Both the position numbers and the translations under genes were made by a program. Shown here piece after piece: positions 7,584 to 16,043 of a stretch of 64,000 nt of DNA; within the stretch, counting starts at the first letter, position 1; each line of letters opens with the position of its first letter. The stretch is from Patescibacteria group bacterium (GTDB taxonomy: Bacteria > Patescibacteriota > Patescibacteriia > PEXW01), in the NCBI GenBank assembly GCA_038063455.1, contig JBBTVB010000002.1, forward strand, positions 257,296 through 321,295, written 5' to 3'. The notes under the pieces are model-generated. The model was given only the letters and a program-made list of their open reading frames with translations, had not been told where the DNA came from and did not search any database.

Positions 7584-7622
7584 AGGTTCCACCCCCTTTC
7601 GTAAAAAAATACCCTGCAGCTA

Positions 7623-8405
7623 TTATACCTCAAGTTGGCGGTCGATACGCTCAATTGCGATAGCGTGGCCGTCAGGACCAATTCCGACGAGTACAGCACA
7701 AAATATGGTTGGCCCATGCTCGGCAAAGGTGTGCGGCTTTTTCTCGTTGTTCAAAAACCTTGGCATAATTGCTTCCCGGTCCACGCCAATAATGCCATCG
7801 CGCAAGCCACACATGCCCACGTCCGTTATATACGCCGTGCCGCCGGGCAGGATGCGGCAATCAGCAGTCGGTATGTGCGTGTGCGTGCCGACAACCACGC
7901 TCACCCGGCCGTCGAGATACCAACCCAACGCAACTTTCTCGCTCGACGCTTCAGCATGCAGGTCGACAAACGTTGCGGCGACCTTCTCACCGGTCAACAA
8001 TTTATCCGCTGCCGTAAACGGGGAGGTCGGTTCATCTTGCATGAATGACTGGCCGATCAGATTCATAACCCGCACTTTCCCGGCAGGCGAATCAACAATT
8101 ATCGCGCCACGGCCTGGCTCGCTCGGCAAAAAGTTTGCCGGCCGCACCAGCGGCTGCTGCTCATCGGCCAGCAGAACACGGGCATCGTCTTTACTAAACG
8201 TGTGGTTGCCGCCGGTGCCCACATCCACGCCGGCTTTGTGCATCTCGTCCCAGGTCTTTTGCGTGTAACCTTTGCCATGCGCCAGGTTTTCAACGTTTGC
8301 AATAACCACATCTGGTTTGAGTTCCGCCTTCAACTGCGGCAAAACCTTGGCCACGGTTAGGCGGCCAGGTTTACCCACAATATCACCGATGAAAAGTATT
8401 TTCAT
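7623..8405 (-). CDS. ymdB: YmdB-family metallophosphoesterase (2',3'-cyclic-nucleotide phosphodiesterase)
   Basis: MKILFIGDIVGKPGR...NVENLAHGKG...GNH motifs. Start moved to the internal ATG at 8405. Confidence 0.85.
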   Translation of the reverse strand: MKILFIGDIVGKPGRLTVAKVLPQLKAELKPDVVIANVENLAHGKGYTQKTWDEMHKAGVDVGTGGNHTFSKDDARVLLADEQQPLVRPANFLPSEPGRGAIIVDSPAGKVRVMNLIGQSFMQDEPTSPFTAADKLLTGEKVAATFVDLHAEASSEKVALGWYLDGRVSVVVGTHTHIPTADCRILPGGTAYITDVGMCGLRDGIIGVDREAIMPRFLNNEKKPHTFAEHGPTIFCAVLVGIGPDGHAIAIERIDRQLEV

Positions 8406-8435
8406 GAAACGTCGCCGATGAATTTTTCGTGTTTC

Positions 8436-8493
8436 GTAGGGGTCGAGCTTGCTCGACCCAAGTGATGATGGGCAGAGCAAGTTCTGCCCCTAC
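8436..8493. repeat. REP/BIME-like element: GTAGG-hairpin-spacer-hairpin-CCTAC
   Basis: GTAGGGGTCGAGCTTGCTCGACCC ... GGGCAGAGCAAGTTCTGCCCCTAC. Related copies at 28143-28202, 36671-36694 and 59998-60053. Confidence 0.7.
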
Positions 8494-8498
8494 TCGCT

Positions 8499-10046
8499 TT
8501 ACCTAGCATACTCAATAATGCGCTTTTCGCGAATAACTGTGACTTTAATTTCACCCGGGTACTGCAACTCTTTCTCGATATTGTTCGCAATTTCTCGGGC
8601 CAGCTTGATCGCTGCGTAGTCGTCAATTTTCTCTGGGGTCACAAACACGCGAATCTCGCGGCCGGCTTGAATAGCGTAGACCTTTTCCACGCCTTCAAAG
8701 CTCATGGCCACTTTTTCCAGCTCTTCCAAGCGCTTGATGTACTCTTCAATACTGTCTTTACGCGCGCCCGGGCGGGAACCGGAAATGGCGTCCGCGGCTT
8801 TAACAATGCAGCCTTCCAGCGTTTTCGGCTGGTCTTCGTGGTGGGAAATGCACTGGTAGGCAATTTCCTCGGACATTTTAAACTTGCGGCGCAATATATC
8901 GTAGCCGATTTCCGGGTGCGTACCTTGAATGTCGTGGTCCAGCGCTTTGCCAATGTCGTGGAGCAAACCGCCCTTCTTACACACCGAGACGTTGGCGTTG
9001 AGCTCTTCGGCAAGTAGCCCAGCCAAAGTGGCAACTTCAACCGAGTGGCGCAGCACGTTCTGCCCATAGCTGGTGCGGTACTTCAATCGGCCAAGGAGTT
9101 GTAGTAGCTTGGGGTCCATACCGGCCAAACCAACTTCATAGGCAGCTTCTTCGCCGGCTTTTTTCATGTCTTGGGCAACTTCCTTTTTTGCCTGTTCCAC
9201 CATTTCTTCAATGCGTCCGGGGTGGATGCGCCCATCAGACATCAAGCGGTCTAGGGCGCGTTTGGCCACCTGGCGGCGCACAGGCGAGAAGCCGGACACA
9301 ATAATCGACTCCGGGGTTTCATCCACGATAATTTCCACGCCGGTCATGAGTTCCAAGGCTTTAATGTTGCGCCCTTCGCGGCCGATAATGCGGCCTTTCA
9401 TTTCTTCGTTTGGCAGCTGCACAATGGTCGTGGTGGTTTCGGCTGTGTGCGGGCTGGCCACGCGCTGAATTGCCAAGCCAATAAGCTCTTTGGCCTTCTT
9501 ATCAAGCTCTTCGGACGATTCTTCTTGAAATTTACGAATGCGGTCGGCCAGTTCGTCTTGCATGTCTCGCTCGGTTGCATCCAGCAGCACGCGTTTGGCC
9601 TCTTCTTTGCTCAACGCGGCAATCTTCTCTAGCTTGGCTACCTGCTGCTCGCGGACGTTTTCTAATTCTTTGCGCGCATTTTCCAAATGGTTTTCTTTGT
9701 CCTGCAAAGACTTCTGGCTATTTTCCAATTGCATCAGCTTCTGGTCGAACGTACTCTCGCGTTGTTCCAGGCGAGATTGGAGGTGCTGCATTTCTTTGCG
9801 GCGTTCGGCTTCTTCACGCTTAGCATCGTCAATAACCTTCAAGGCCTTTTCTTTGGCCTTAAAGAGGAGCTCTTGCTCTTGGACTTTCGCGTCTTCGAGG
9901 GCTTTCTGAAGCTTCGCCTCGGCACCTTCAACTTGCTTGCCAGCCCAAACTTTACGGGCAAAGTACCCGACCAGTATGCCGCCGAGCGTCCCGACCGGCA
10001 AAAAACCTAACCAAAACCAAATAGAGAGGTTGGTGGTAATCGACAT
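8499..10046 (-). CDS. rny: Ribonuclease Y
   Basis: N-terminal TM, long coiled coil, KH domain (GRIIGREGRNI) and HD domain (LLHDIGKA). Confidence 0.9.
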   Translation of the reverse strand: MSITTNLSIWFWLGFLPVGTLGGILVGYFARKVWAGKQVEGAEAKLQKALEDAKVQEQELLFKAKEKALKVIDDAKREEAERRKEMQHLQSRLEQRESTFDQKLMQLENSQKSLQDKENHLENARKELENVREQQVAKLEKIAALSKEEAKRVLLDATERDMQDELADRIRKFQEESSEELDKKAKELIGLAIQRVASPHTAETTTTIVQLPNEEMKGRIIGREGRNIKALELMTGVEIIVDETPESIIVSGFSPVRRQVAKRALDRLMSDGRIHPGRIEEMVEQAKKEVAQDMKKAGEEAAYEVGLAGMDPKLLQLLGRLKYRTSYGQNVLRHSVEVATLAGLLAEELNANVSVCKKGGLLHDIGKALDHDIQGTHPEIGYDILRRKFKMSEEIAYQCISHHEDQPKTLEGCIVKAADAISGSRPGARKDSIEEYIKRLEELEKVAMSFEGVEKVYAIQAGREIRVFVTPEKIDDYAAIKLAREIANNIEKELQYPGEIKVTVIREKRIIEYAR

Positions 10047-10149
10047 AGAACATTGGAGGGTTTAGCGTCATGAGAGTGCGCTACTTTGGCGAAATGCCAA
10101 CATTTGGTAGCGTTCGCACCATACCATAGGGCATTGCCGACGGCAACGG

Positions 10150-10734
10150 TTAGGAAGCTTTACTGATTATTTTATCGATAATCCCGTACTTCTTAGCGTC
10201 TTCGGCGCTCATGAAGTTGTCGCGGTCGGTGTCTTCTTCAATCTTCTTAATCGACTGGCCCGTATGCTTGGCCAAGAGCTGGTTCAAGCGGTCTTTAATT
10301 TTCAGGATGTGCTCGGCCCGGATTTTAATATCCGAGGCCTGACCTTCGGTGCCGCCCATGACCTGATGAATGAGAATCTCCGCATTCGGCAACGCCAGAC
10401 GTTTCCCTTTGGCGCCGCCGGCCAACAGGAAGGCGCCCATGCTGGCAGCCATACCCACGCAAATCGTGCTCACGTCGGGTTTGACGTACTGCATGGTGTC
10501 ATAAATGGCCATACCGGCCGTCACCGACCCGCCCGGCGAGTTAATGTAAAGCTTGATGTCTTTTTCGCGGTCTTGGCTCTCTAAGAAAAGCAGCTGGGCA
10601 ATAACCGTATTTGCAATGGCATCGTCAATGCCGTCGCCAAGAAAAATGATGCGCTCTTTGAGCAAACGGGAGTAGATGTCGTAGGCTCGCTCGCCGAATT
10701 GCGACTTTTCAATAACCGTTGGGACGAGGTACAT
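10150..10734 (-). CDS. clpP: ATP-dependent Clp protease proteolytic subunit
   Basis: [24 protein letters not shown] and YGIIDKI canonical ClpP motifs. Confidence 0.95.
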   Translation of the reverse strand: MYLVPTVIEKSQFGERAYDIYSRLLKERIIFLGDGIDDAIANTVIAQLLFLESQDREKDIKLYINSPGGSVTAGMAIYDTMQYVKPDVSTICVGMAASMGAFLLAGGAKGKRLALPNAEILIHQVMGGTEGQASDIKIRAEHILKIKDRLNQLLAKHTGQSIKKIEEDTDRDNFMSAEDAKKYGIIDKIISKAS

Positions 10735-10829
10735 AGGTGGAATGGGTTAGAAGAAAGATTAGGGTGTGGAAGCTAGTATGGTTTAGGGGTGTGGTTGAAG
10801 GTATAGTCTGGCACAGAAAAAAAGTCAAC

Positions 10830-10858
10830 TTGCAATTTGATGAAAAGCAAAGTATACA
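10830..10858 (+). promoter_or_regulatory. Sigma70-like promoter TTGCAA-17-TATACA
   Basis: Hexamers at 10830-10835 and 10853-10858 with a 17-nt spacer, pointing into an ORF-free interval. Confidence 0.45.
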
Positions 10859-10864
10859 TTAAAT

Positions 10865-10975
10865 AGAAAAAGAAATTGTACATGCTAAGTTTGCGCCTCT
10901 CTTCCTCTTGATCGAGTGTTTGTGGCACTCGCATTACGTATACCAGTCAGAGCTTCATTCTCTGGCTGGTTTTTT
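10865..10975 (+). ncRNA. Candidate ~110-nt sRNA (promoter + terminator, CU-rich core)
   Basis: Lies between the promoter above and a plus-oriented terminator (CCAGTCAGAG...CTCTGGCTGG TTTTTT, 10943-10975). Contains GCGCCTCTCTTCCTCTTG. Both flanking genes are on the minus strand. Confidence 0.3.
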
Positions 10976-10976
10976 G

Positions 10977-11948
10977 TTACCGCTGGATGCGCCAGCCGTC
11001 GGGTGTCTGGGTCAGGGTGCCCGGTACGCTAAAGCCTGCAGCCTTTTTATGTCCGCCGCCGCCAAAAAGTTGCTTGGCCATAGCCGCCACATCGGTGTCT
11101 GGGTCGGTAGTGCGTAAACTGCCTTTCACTTCGCCATCGCGCTCTTTCAGCACCATAATAACTTTGGCGTCTTGCAGGGCGTTAAGGAAGTTGGAAATGC
11201 CTTCCATGTCTTCTTCCGTCGCCTCGCACTCTTCCAGGTCGGCTTGGGTTACCACCGTGCTCACAATGCCGTTGGCGTGGCGCGTCAAACGGTCGAGCGC
11301 CCGGCCCCAGAGCTTGAGCGAGTTAACGGTCTTGTTACGGACCGTGTGGTTGGTAATGGCACGGAACTTAGCACCGCGCTTGAGCAGCTCGCTGGCAATC
11401 TCCATGGCTTCGTGCGTGGTGCCCATGTTCGAAAAACCACCAGTGTCCGTGAGGATGCCGGTAAGCAGGCAGGTCGAAATATCCTGGCTCACGTGCGCGC
11501 CAATGTGCTGCAAGAAACGGTGCACGAGCACGGTGCAGGATGGCGCCTCGGGGTCGACCACATTCAAATTGCCAAAGTGCGGGTTGGTGCCGTGATGGTC
11601 AATGTTGATGATCGTCGGTTGGCCTTTGAGTTTGGCAACAAGCGAGTCTGCACCCGCATAGGTGAGGCTAGAAGAGTCCAGGGCAATAACCACGTCAAAA
11701 GGTATAAGTGCGAGCTCCTCTTCGGTAGACTTGATGTGCTCCCACAGCGGCAGGTACTGAAAGTGCGGCGGCACCGGGTGGGCGCAGAAAATGTGGAAGT
11801 GCCGACCTTCGTCGCGCAGCCAGTTGGCCATGGCCAGGTTGGCGCCGAGCGTGTCGCCGTCGGGCTTTTGGTGGGCAATCAGCAGGATCTCCTTGGCGCC
11901 TTTAATGGCGTCGTGGATCTTGGTAAATGTGGTGGGATGGTCGGTCAT
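10977..11948 (-). CDS. nrnA: DHH-family phosphoesterase (NrnA-like oligoribonuclease/pAp phosphatase)
   Basis: HQKPDGDTLG, IDHHGTN (DHH motif) and C-terminal GGGHKKAAG (DHHA1). Confidence 0.8.
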   Translation of the reverse strand: MTDHPTTFTKIHDAIKGAKEILLIAHQKPDGDTLGANLAMANWLRDEGRHFHIFCAHPVPPHFQYLPLWEHIKSTEEELALIPFDVVIALDSSSLTYAGADSLVAKLKGQPTIINIDHHGTNPHFGNLNVVDPEAPSCTVLVHRFLQHIGAHVSQDISTCLLTGILTDTGGFSNMGTTHEAMEIASELLKRGAKFRAITNHTVRNKTVNSLKLWGRALDRLTRHANGIVSTVVTQADLEECEATEEDMEGISNFLNALQDAKVIMVLKERDGEVKGSLRTTDPDTDVAAMAKQLFGGGGHKKAAGFSVPGTLTQTPDGWRIQR

Positions 11949-12177
11949 AGGTAAGCCACGTAGTGTACGGGGTTACAGGCTGCACGTCAAGAGCTACATT
12001 GACGCTGTAGGCATGGGGAGTACCCTAGAAACATACGTCGTGAATGTTACGTAAACGACGCAAATAACCAAAACTGACATGTGTTAGCTCGCATGTCTGA
12101 ACCAAAAAACGTACCGGCGAGAATGCGGAGGTAGACTTGATAAAACAAATTCGCATACTAAATTAACACCATTCAGT

Positions 12178-12217
12178 AAGAACTCGAGCGTCAATCCTGA
12201 TACTCGAGTTCTTTTTA
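12178..12217 (+). terminator. Plus-strand intrinsic terminator with no annotated plus-strand gene upstream
   Basis: AAGAACTCGAG ... CTCGAGTTCTT followed by TTTTA. Confidence 0.5.
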
Positions 12218-12289
12218 TGCTTACAAAAAAACAGACCCACGATATTTCGTAGGCCTGCTATGGGTCACTATGCTTTTTCCCAGAGACTA

Positions 12290-12868
12290 TCAATGTTTTT
12301 TGTTGACTTTGCCTGAATACTTCGCGCGCCATTCGTCCTGGGTAATGCCGAACAGGATGGCATCAATCCTCTTGCCGTCTACTTGAAATGCTTTACGTCT
12401 GGCACCTTCCTGCGTAAAGCCGCATGAGACGAGCATGGCCTTGCTAGCCGTATTTGTTTCATACGCTTCGCCATCGATCTTGAATAAGTCTAGGCTTAAG
12501 AATGCATAAGACACCAGTGATAAAAGCGCTTCTTTACCATAGCCTTTCCCACGGTCTTTTTCGTTGCCAAGGTATTGGCCCACAACTGCTCTTCGGCTGA
12601 CCCAGTCGATTTGATGCAGACCAACGACACCCATGAGTCGAGGGCCTTTCTTGTGGACAATAGCAAACACGATATCGCTGGGTGGATTTCCAGGTTGCAT
12701 CATATGCTCTAGCCAAGCACGCTCGGCTGCAGAACTATATGGAGTGCGAACAGATAGAAGCGAGCGCATTTCCGGTTTGTTAATCCAACGCACTAGGTGC
12801 GGTAGATCCGCCAGTTCAAGTGGACGCAGGATAAGCCGCGTGGTTTCAAGGAACGTGAGTGGGGGCAT
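12290..12868 (-). CDS. GNAT-family N-acetyltransferase (RimJ/RimL-like)
   Basis: LRPLELADL..., GQYLGNEKDRGKGYGKEAL acetyl-CoA pocket. SD AAGGAGGG. Confidence 0.8.
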   Translation of the reverse strand: MPPLTFLETTRLILRPLELADLPHLVRWINKPEMRSLLSVRTPYSSAAERAWLEHMMQPGNPPSDIVFAIVHKKGPRLMGVVGLHQIDWVSRRAVVGQYLGNEKDRGKGYGKEALLSLVSYAFLSLDLFKIDGEAYETNTASKAMLVSCGFTQEGARRKAFQVDGKRIDAILFGITQDEWRAKYSGKVNKKH

Positions 12869-12979
12869 ATGGCCCTCCTTTCGGTTTGGGTGTTGGTATA
12901 AAATTTGGTACGTACAAAAAATCCCGCGCTGCTGGTAGCATGATGCGCGGGGTAAGGTGACTAAAGTATTTCTGTATTC

Positions 12980-13081
12980 CTAGCTGCTCACACCTTTCCG
13001 CGCAAAAACATGCCAGTAACCAAAGCGAAAATCTGCCAGGCGGGCAACATTTTTGCGAGAAATTGTGGCAACGCTATTCAT
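12980..13081 (-). CDS. Candidate 33-aa basic sORF between rbfA and its terminator
   Basis: TTGACA (13113-13118) -17- TACTCT, then an ATG 8 nt later. Encodes MNSVATISRKNVARLADFRFGYWHVFARKGVSS. Terminator hairpin at about 12925-12960. Confidence 0.2.
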   Translation of the reverse strand: MNSVATISRKNVARLADFRFGYWHVFARKGVSS

Positions 13082-13122
13082 ATACATGCAGAGTATAAAA
13101 AGTGGTCAGGATTGTCAATACA

Positions 13123-13482
13123 TTACGACTCCTCCGGCGGCATCTCCGCCTTCACCTTATCCAGTAATTTTTCAATATCCGTCACGGCCTTGCCGCGCGT
13201 TTCAATGCGGAAATGCAGCGTTGGGATACGTGAGAGCGTAAGTTGCTTCATGAGTTCATGATGGATAAACGGCAAACGCTTGTTGAGCAAGGAGATGACA
13301 CCTTTTTCAAACTTCTCTGGCAGGACAGAAAGAAAAACCACCGCGTGACGAATTTCACCGTTGGTTTCTACACGCGTGATACTCACCATAGCCCCCGGGG
13401 CAAAGCTAAGCTCCATTAAAAACAGTGCGCCAAGTTTTTGCTGGAGCAAAGCATTAAGTTGGTGGACGCGTTTAGAGGGCAT
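13123..13482 (-). CDS. rbfA: Ribosome-binding factor A
   Basis: RVHQLNALLQQKL...ITRVETNGEIRHAVVFLSVL...IPTLHFRIE pattern typical of RbfA. Downstream of infB. Confidence 0.85.
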   Translation of the reverse strand: MPSKRVHQLNALLQQKLGALFLMELSFAPGAMVSITRVETNGEIRHAVVFLSVLPEKFEKGVISLLNKRLPFIHHELMKQLTLSRIPTLHFRIETRGKAVTDIEKLLDKVKAEMPPEES

Positions 13483-13495
13483 AGATGTGTTCTGT

Positions 13496-13938
13496 CCCTC
13501 CTCTCCTATTGGGAGAGGAGCTGGAGGTGAGGGTGACCAGCACTTATAAAAATGTAGCTATGTATTCTAGAACACTATCAATACTAGCATGCACGTCATT
13601 TGACCACACGCGAACAACTTTATAACCTTCGGCGCGCAGGTATGTATCACGCAGAACATCTTTCTTAATCTGCGTAGGTTCAGCATGTCCCCCTCCATCA
13701 ACTTCAACAACTAAGCGCCGCTCACGACAGCAGAAATCAACAACATACCGCCCAATGGGGAACTGACGATGAAACTTGAGTCCAAAAAATTGACGATTCC
13801 GCAATCGTGCCCACAAACGGACTTCATGAGGATTCCTTTCTTGACGGAGCTTTCGTGCAACTGGCGTTAAATCTTTTTTCATACCTGATCAACCTCACCT
13901 GCCCTTCGGGCATCCTCTCCTACAAGGAGAGGAGGGTG
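13496..13938. mobile_element. DUF559 endonuclease cassette bounded by ~40-nt imperfect terminal inverted repeats
   Basis: Left CCCTCCTCTCCTattgGGAGAGGAGctggAGGTGAGG (13496-13535). The reverse complement of the right end (13891-13938) reads CCCTCCTCTCCTtgtAGGAGAGGA...AGGTGAGG. It interrupts the infB-rbfA pair. Confidence 0.55.
13544..13882 (-). CDS. DUF559 (Vsr-like) endonuclease-domain protein
   Basis: RQFPIGRYVVDFCC...LVVEVDGGGH...GYKVVRVWSNDV typical of the DUF559 family. Confidence 0.8.
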   Translation of the reverse strand: MKKDLTPVARKLRQERNPHEVRLWARLRNRQFFGLKFHRQFPIGRYVVDFCCRERRLVVEVDGGGHAEPTQIKKDVLRDTYLRAEGYKVVRVWSNDVHASIDSVLEYIATFL

Positions 13939-13941
13939 AAT

Positions 13942-15933
13942 TTACCTCTCCAACTTCCGTTTAACCAACTTCTCCTCGATGAACACCAGGGTATCCCCTT
14001 CGGTCACCCCGGCCAGGCCAGCCAGCTTGAGGCCGCACTCCATATTGGTTGCCACCTCGCCGACATTTTGCTTGTTCTGCTGCAGCTGCTCCAGCGCGAC
14101 CAAGCCCAGCACTTTGCTGCCGCGGAACACGCGGACGCGCGCTTTAGCTTTGGCTACCCCTTCGGTAACCTTGGCACCCACAATGGCAATCTTGCCGTCG
14201 GCGCGGAAAACTTTGAGGACGCGCGCTTGGCCAATGGGCTCTTCCACCACGTCGGCACCAACTTTTTCTTCGAGGCCCGCTTTAATATCGTCGAGCATTT
14301 CGTAAATAATAGTGTAAGACTTTACCGTCGTCTTAGCGTTGCTCACGAGCTTGGCATTCAAACCTACGTGGAAGCCCAGCAGCCAAGCACCGGCTTGCTC
14401 AGCGCGCAGGATGTCGGACTCCGTCACATCACCCAAGCCTTGGCCCACCACTTCGGGCCGCACTTCGGGAAAGCTAAAAATTTTCAAGCTCTCAATAATT
14501 GCTTCCAGCGAGCCTACTTTGTCCGCCTTAATAAAGAGCGGCAATTTGGTAACCGCATTTTCGGTTTTGCCGGCAATCACGGATGCGGTTTTAGACGACT
14601 CGCGCGCCTTCACCTGCATCAGCCGCAGGGTGGATTCCTGCTGCTTCATCATCTTGCGCGCAGCTTTTTCATCGGCAGGCGCTTCCAGCACGTCACCCAC
14701 CGACGGCGCGGCCTTCAAACCTAAAATAACAACCGGCATAGACGGCCCGGCTTCCTGTACAACATGAGCATTCCAATCTTTGAGGTTGCGCGCCTTGCCG
14801 ACCACTGGCCCGGCCACAATAAAATCGCCTTGGTGCAGCGTACCGTTCTGGACCAACACTGTCGCCACTGGCCCTTCGCCCGGGTCGACGTGAGACTCCA
14901 CAATGGTGCCAACCAGTTTGCCTTTGGGGTTAGAAAGGAGCGTGTCCTTTTCCACGTCCGCAACCAAGTTGATGGCTGCCAGCAAGTCCGGCAAGCCGTC
15001 GCCGGTTTTTGCCGACACGCCCACGGTCATTACCTTGCCGCCCCAATCTTCGGGTTGCAAGTTGATGGAGGCGAGATCGGTTTTCACTTTATCCTGCGTC
15101 ACGCCATCTTTATCAATTTTAGTAATGGCCACAATAAACGGGATTTTTGTGCGCTCCACGATGTTGAGCACTTCACGTGTTTGCGGTTTGATGCCATCGT
15201 CAGCCGCAATAACTACAATGGCAATGTCCGCCACATTTGCCCCGCGCGAACGCATGGCGGTGAACGCCTCGTGGCCTGGCGTGTCGATAAAAGTCATCAG
15301 CCGGCCTTCGTGCGTCACTTGGTAGGCCCCAATGTGTTGGGTGATGCCGCCGTGCTCTTTGTCTGCCACTTTGGTCGTGCGAATTACATCCAGCAAACTG
15401 GTCTTACCATGGTCCACGTGACCCATGACCACCACCACCGGTGGGCGGGGTGTAGTGCGATCCTGCTCGTCGGCAATCAACTGGGTAATCCGGTCGGCGT
15501 GTGCACTCTCGCGCTCGCTGGTGGTTTGCTCTTTCTGGCGTTGCACGTCGGCACCAAAATCGCTACCAACAATGGACGCAGTTTCAAAATCTATTTCTTC
15601 GTTGAGCGAAGCCAGGATGCCGTTCTTCATCAAGTGCGAGATGACCAGCGGCGCGGGCTTGCCCAGGCGCGCGGCAAATTCGTGCACCGTAATGCGCGAA
15701 GGAATTTCTACCACCCCCGAGACCTGCGTCTTTTCCGCAATGGCAATTTCATCAATTTCTTTTTCCGGCTCAAACAGCTCGGGCTCGTCTTTGTGCTTTT
15801 TAATAATACCCTGAGCAACGACGTCGGACACCTTGTGCGCTTTGGAACCAATGCCAAAACCTAGCTTGGGTAAAGCTTGACGAAGATCTTGCACAGGGAT
15901 GCGCAGCCGTCGCGCGAGTTCGGTAACGTTCAT
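13942..15933 (-). CDS. infB: Translation initiation factor IF-2
   Basis: GHVDHGKTSLLD, DTPGHEAF, NKID-like TKIDK and the C-terminal IF-2 domains. Confidence 0.95.
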   Translation of the reverse strand: MNVTELARRLRIPVQDLRQALPKLGFGIGSKAHKVSDVVAQGIIKKHKDEPELFEPEKEIDEIAIAEKTQVSGVVEIPSRITVHEFAARLGKPAPLVISHLMKNGILASLNEEIDFETASIVGSDFGADVQRQKEQTTSERESAHADRITQLIADEQDRTTPRPPVVVVMGHVDHGKTSLLDVIRTTKVADKEHGGITQHIGAYQVTHEGRLMTFIDTPGHEAFTAMRSRGANVADIAIVVIAADDGIKPQTREVLNIVERTKIPFIVAITKIDKDGVTQDKVKTDLASINLQPEDWGGKVMTVGVSAKTGDGLPDLLAAINLVADVEKDTLLSNPKGKLVGTIVESHVDPGEGPVATVLVQNGTLHQGDFIVAGPVVGKARNLKDWNAHVVQEAGPSMPVVILGLKAAPSVGDVLEAPADEKAARKMMKQQESTLRLMQVKARESSKTASVIAGKTENAVTKLPLFIKADKVGSLEAIIESLKIFSFPEVRPEVVGQGLGDVTESDILRAEQAGAWLLGFHVGLNAKLVSNAKTTVKSYTIIYEMLDDIKAGLEEKVGADVVEEPIGQARVLKVFRADGKIAIVGAKVTEGVAKAKARVRVFRGSKVLGLVALEQLQQNKQNVGEVATNMECGLKLAGLAGVTEGDTLVFIEEKLVKRKLER

Positions 15934-16043
15934 AGTGCGGGTATTCTACGAGAAATCGGCCTTTTCGTCAATGGTACGTAAATAAAACAAGGACTGAAGT
16001 ACATCAGTCCTTGTGTAAGGTGCATAGGATTTTCAAGCTTCTG

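Noticed and set aside
7333-8268. 311-aa plus-strand ORF
   Set aside because: It lies antisense to the well-supported hup and ymdB genes and is a low-complexity Ser/Pro/Cys/Arg-rich translation with no start signals.
13807-15864. Several 140-366-aa plus-strand ORFs
   Set aside because: They are shadows of infB on the opposite strand.
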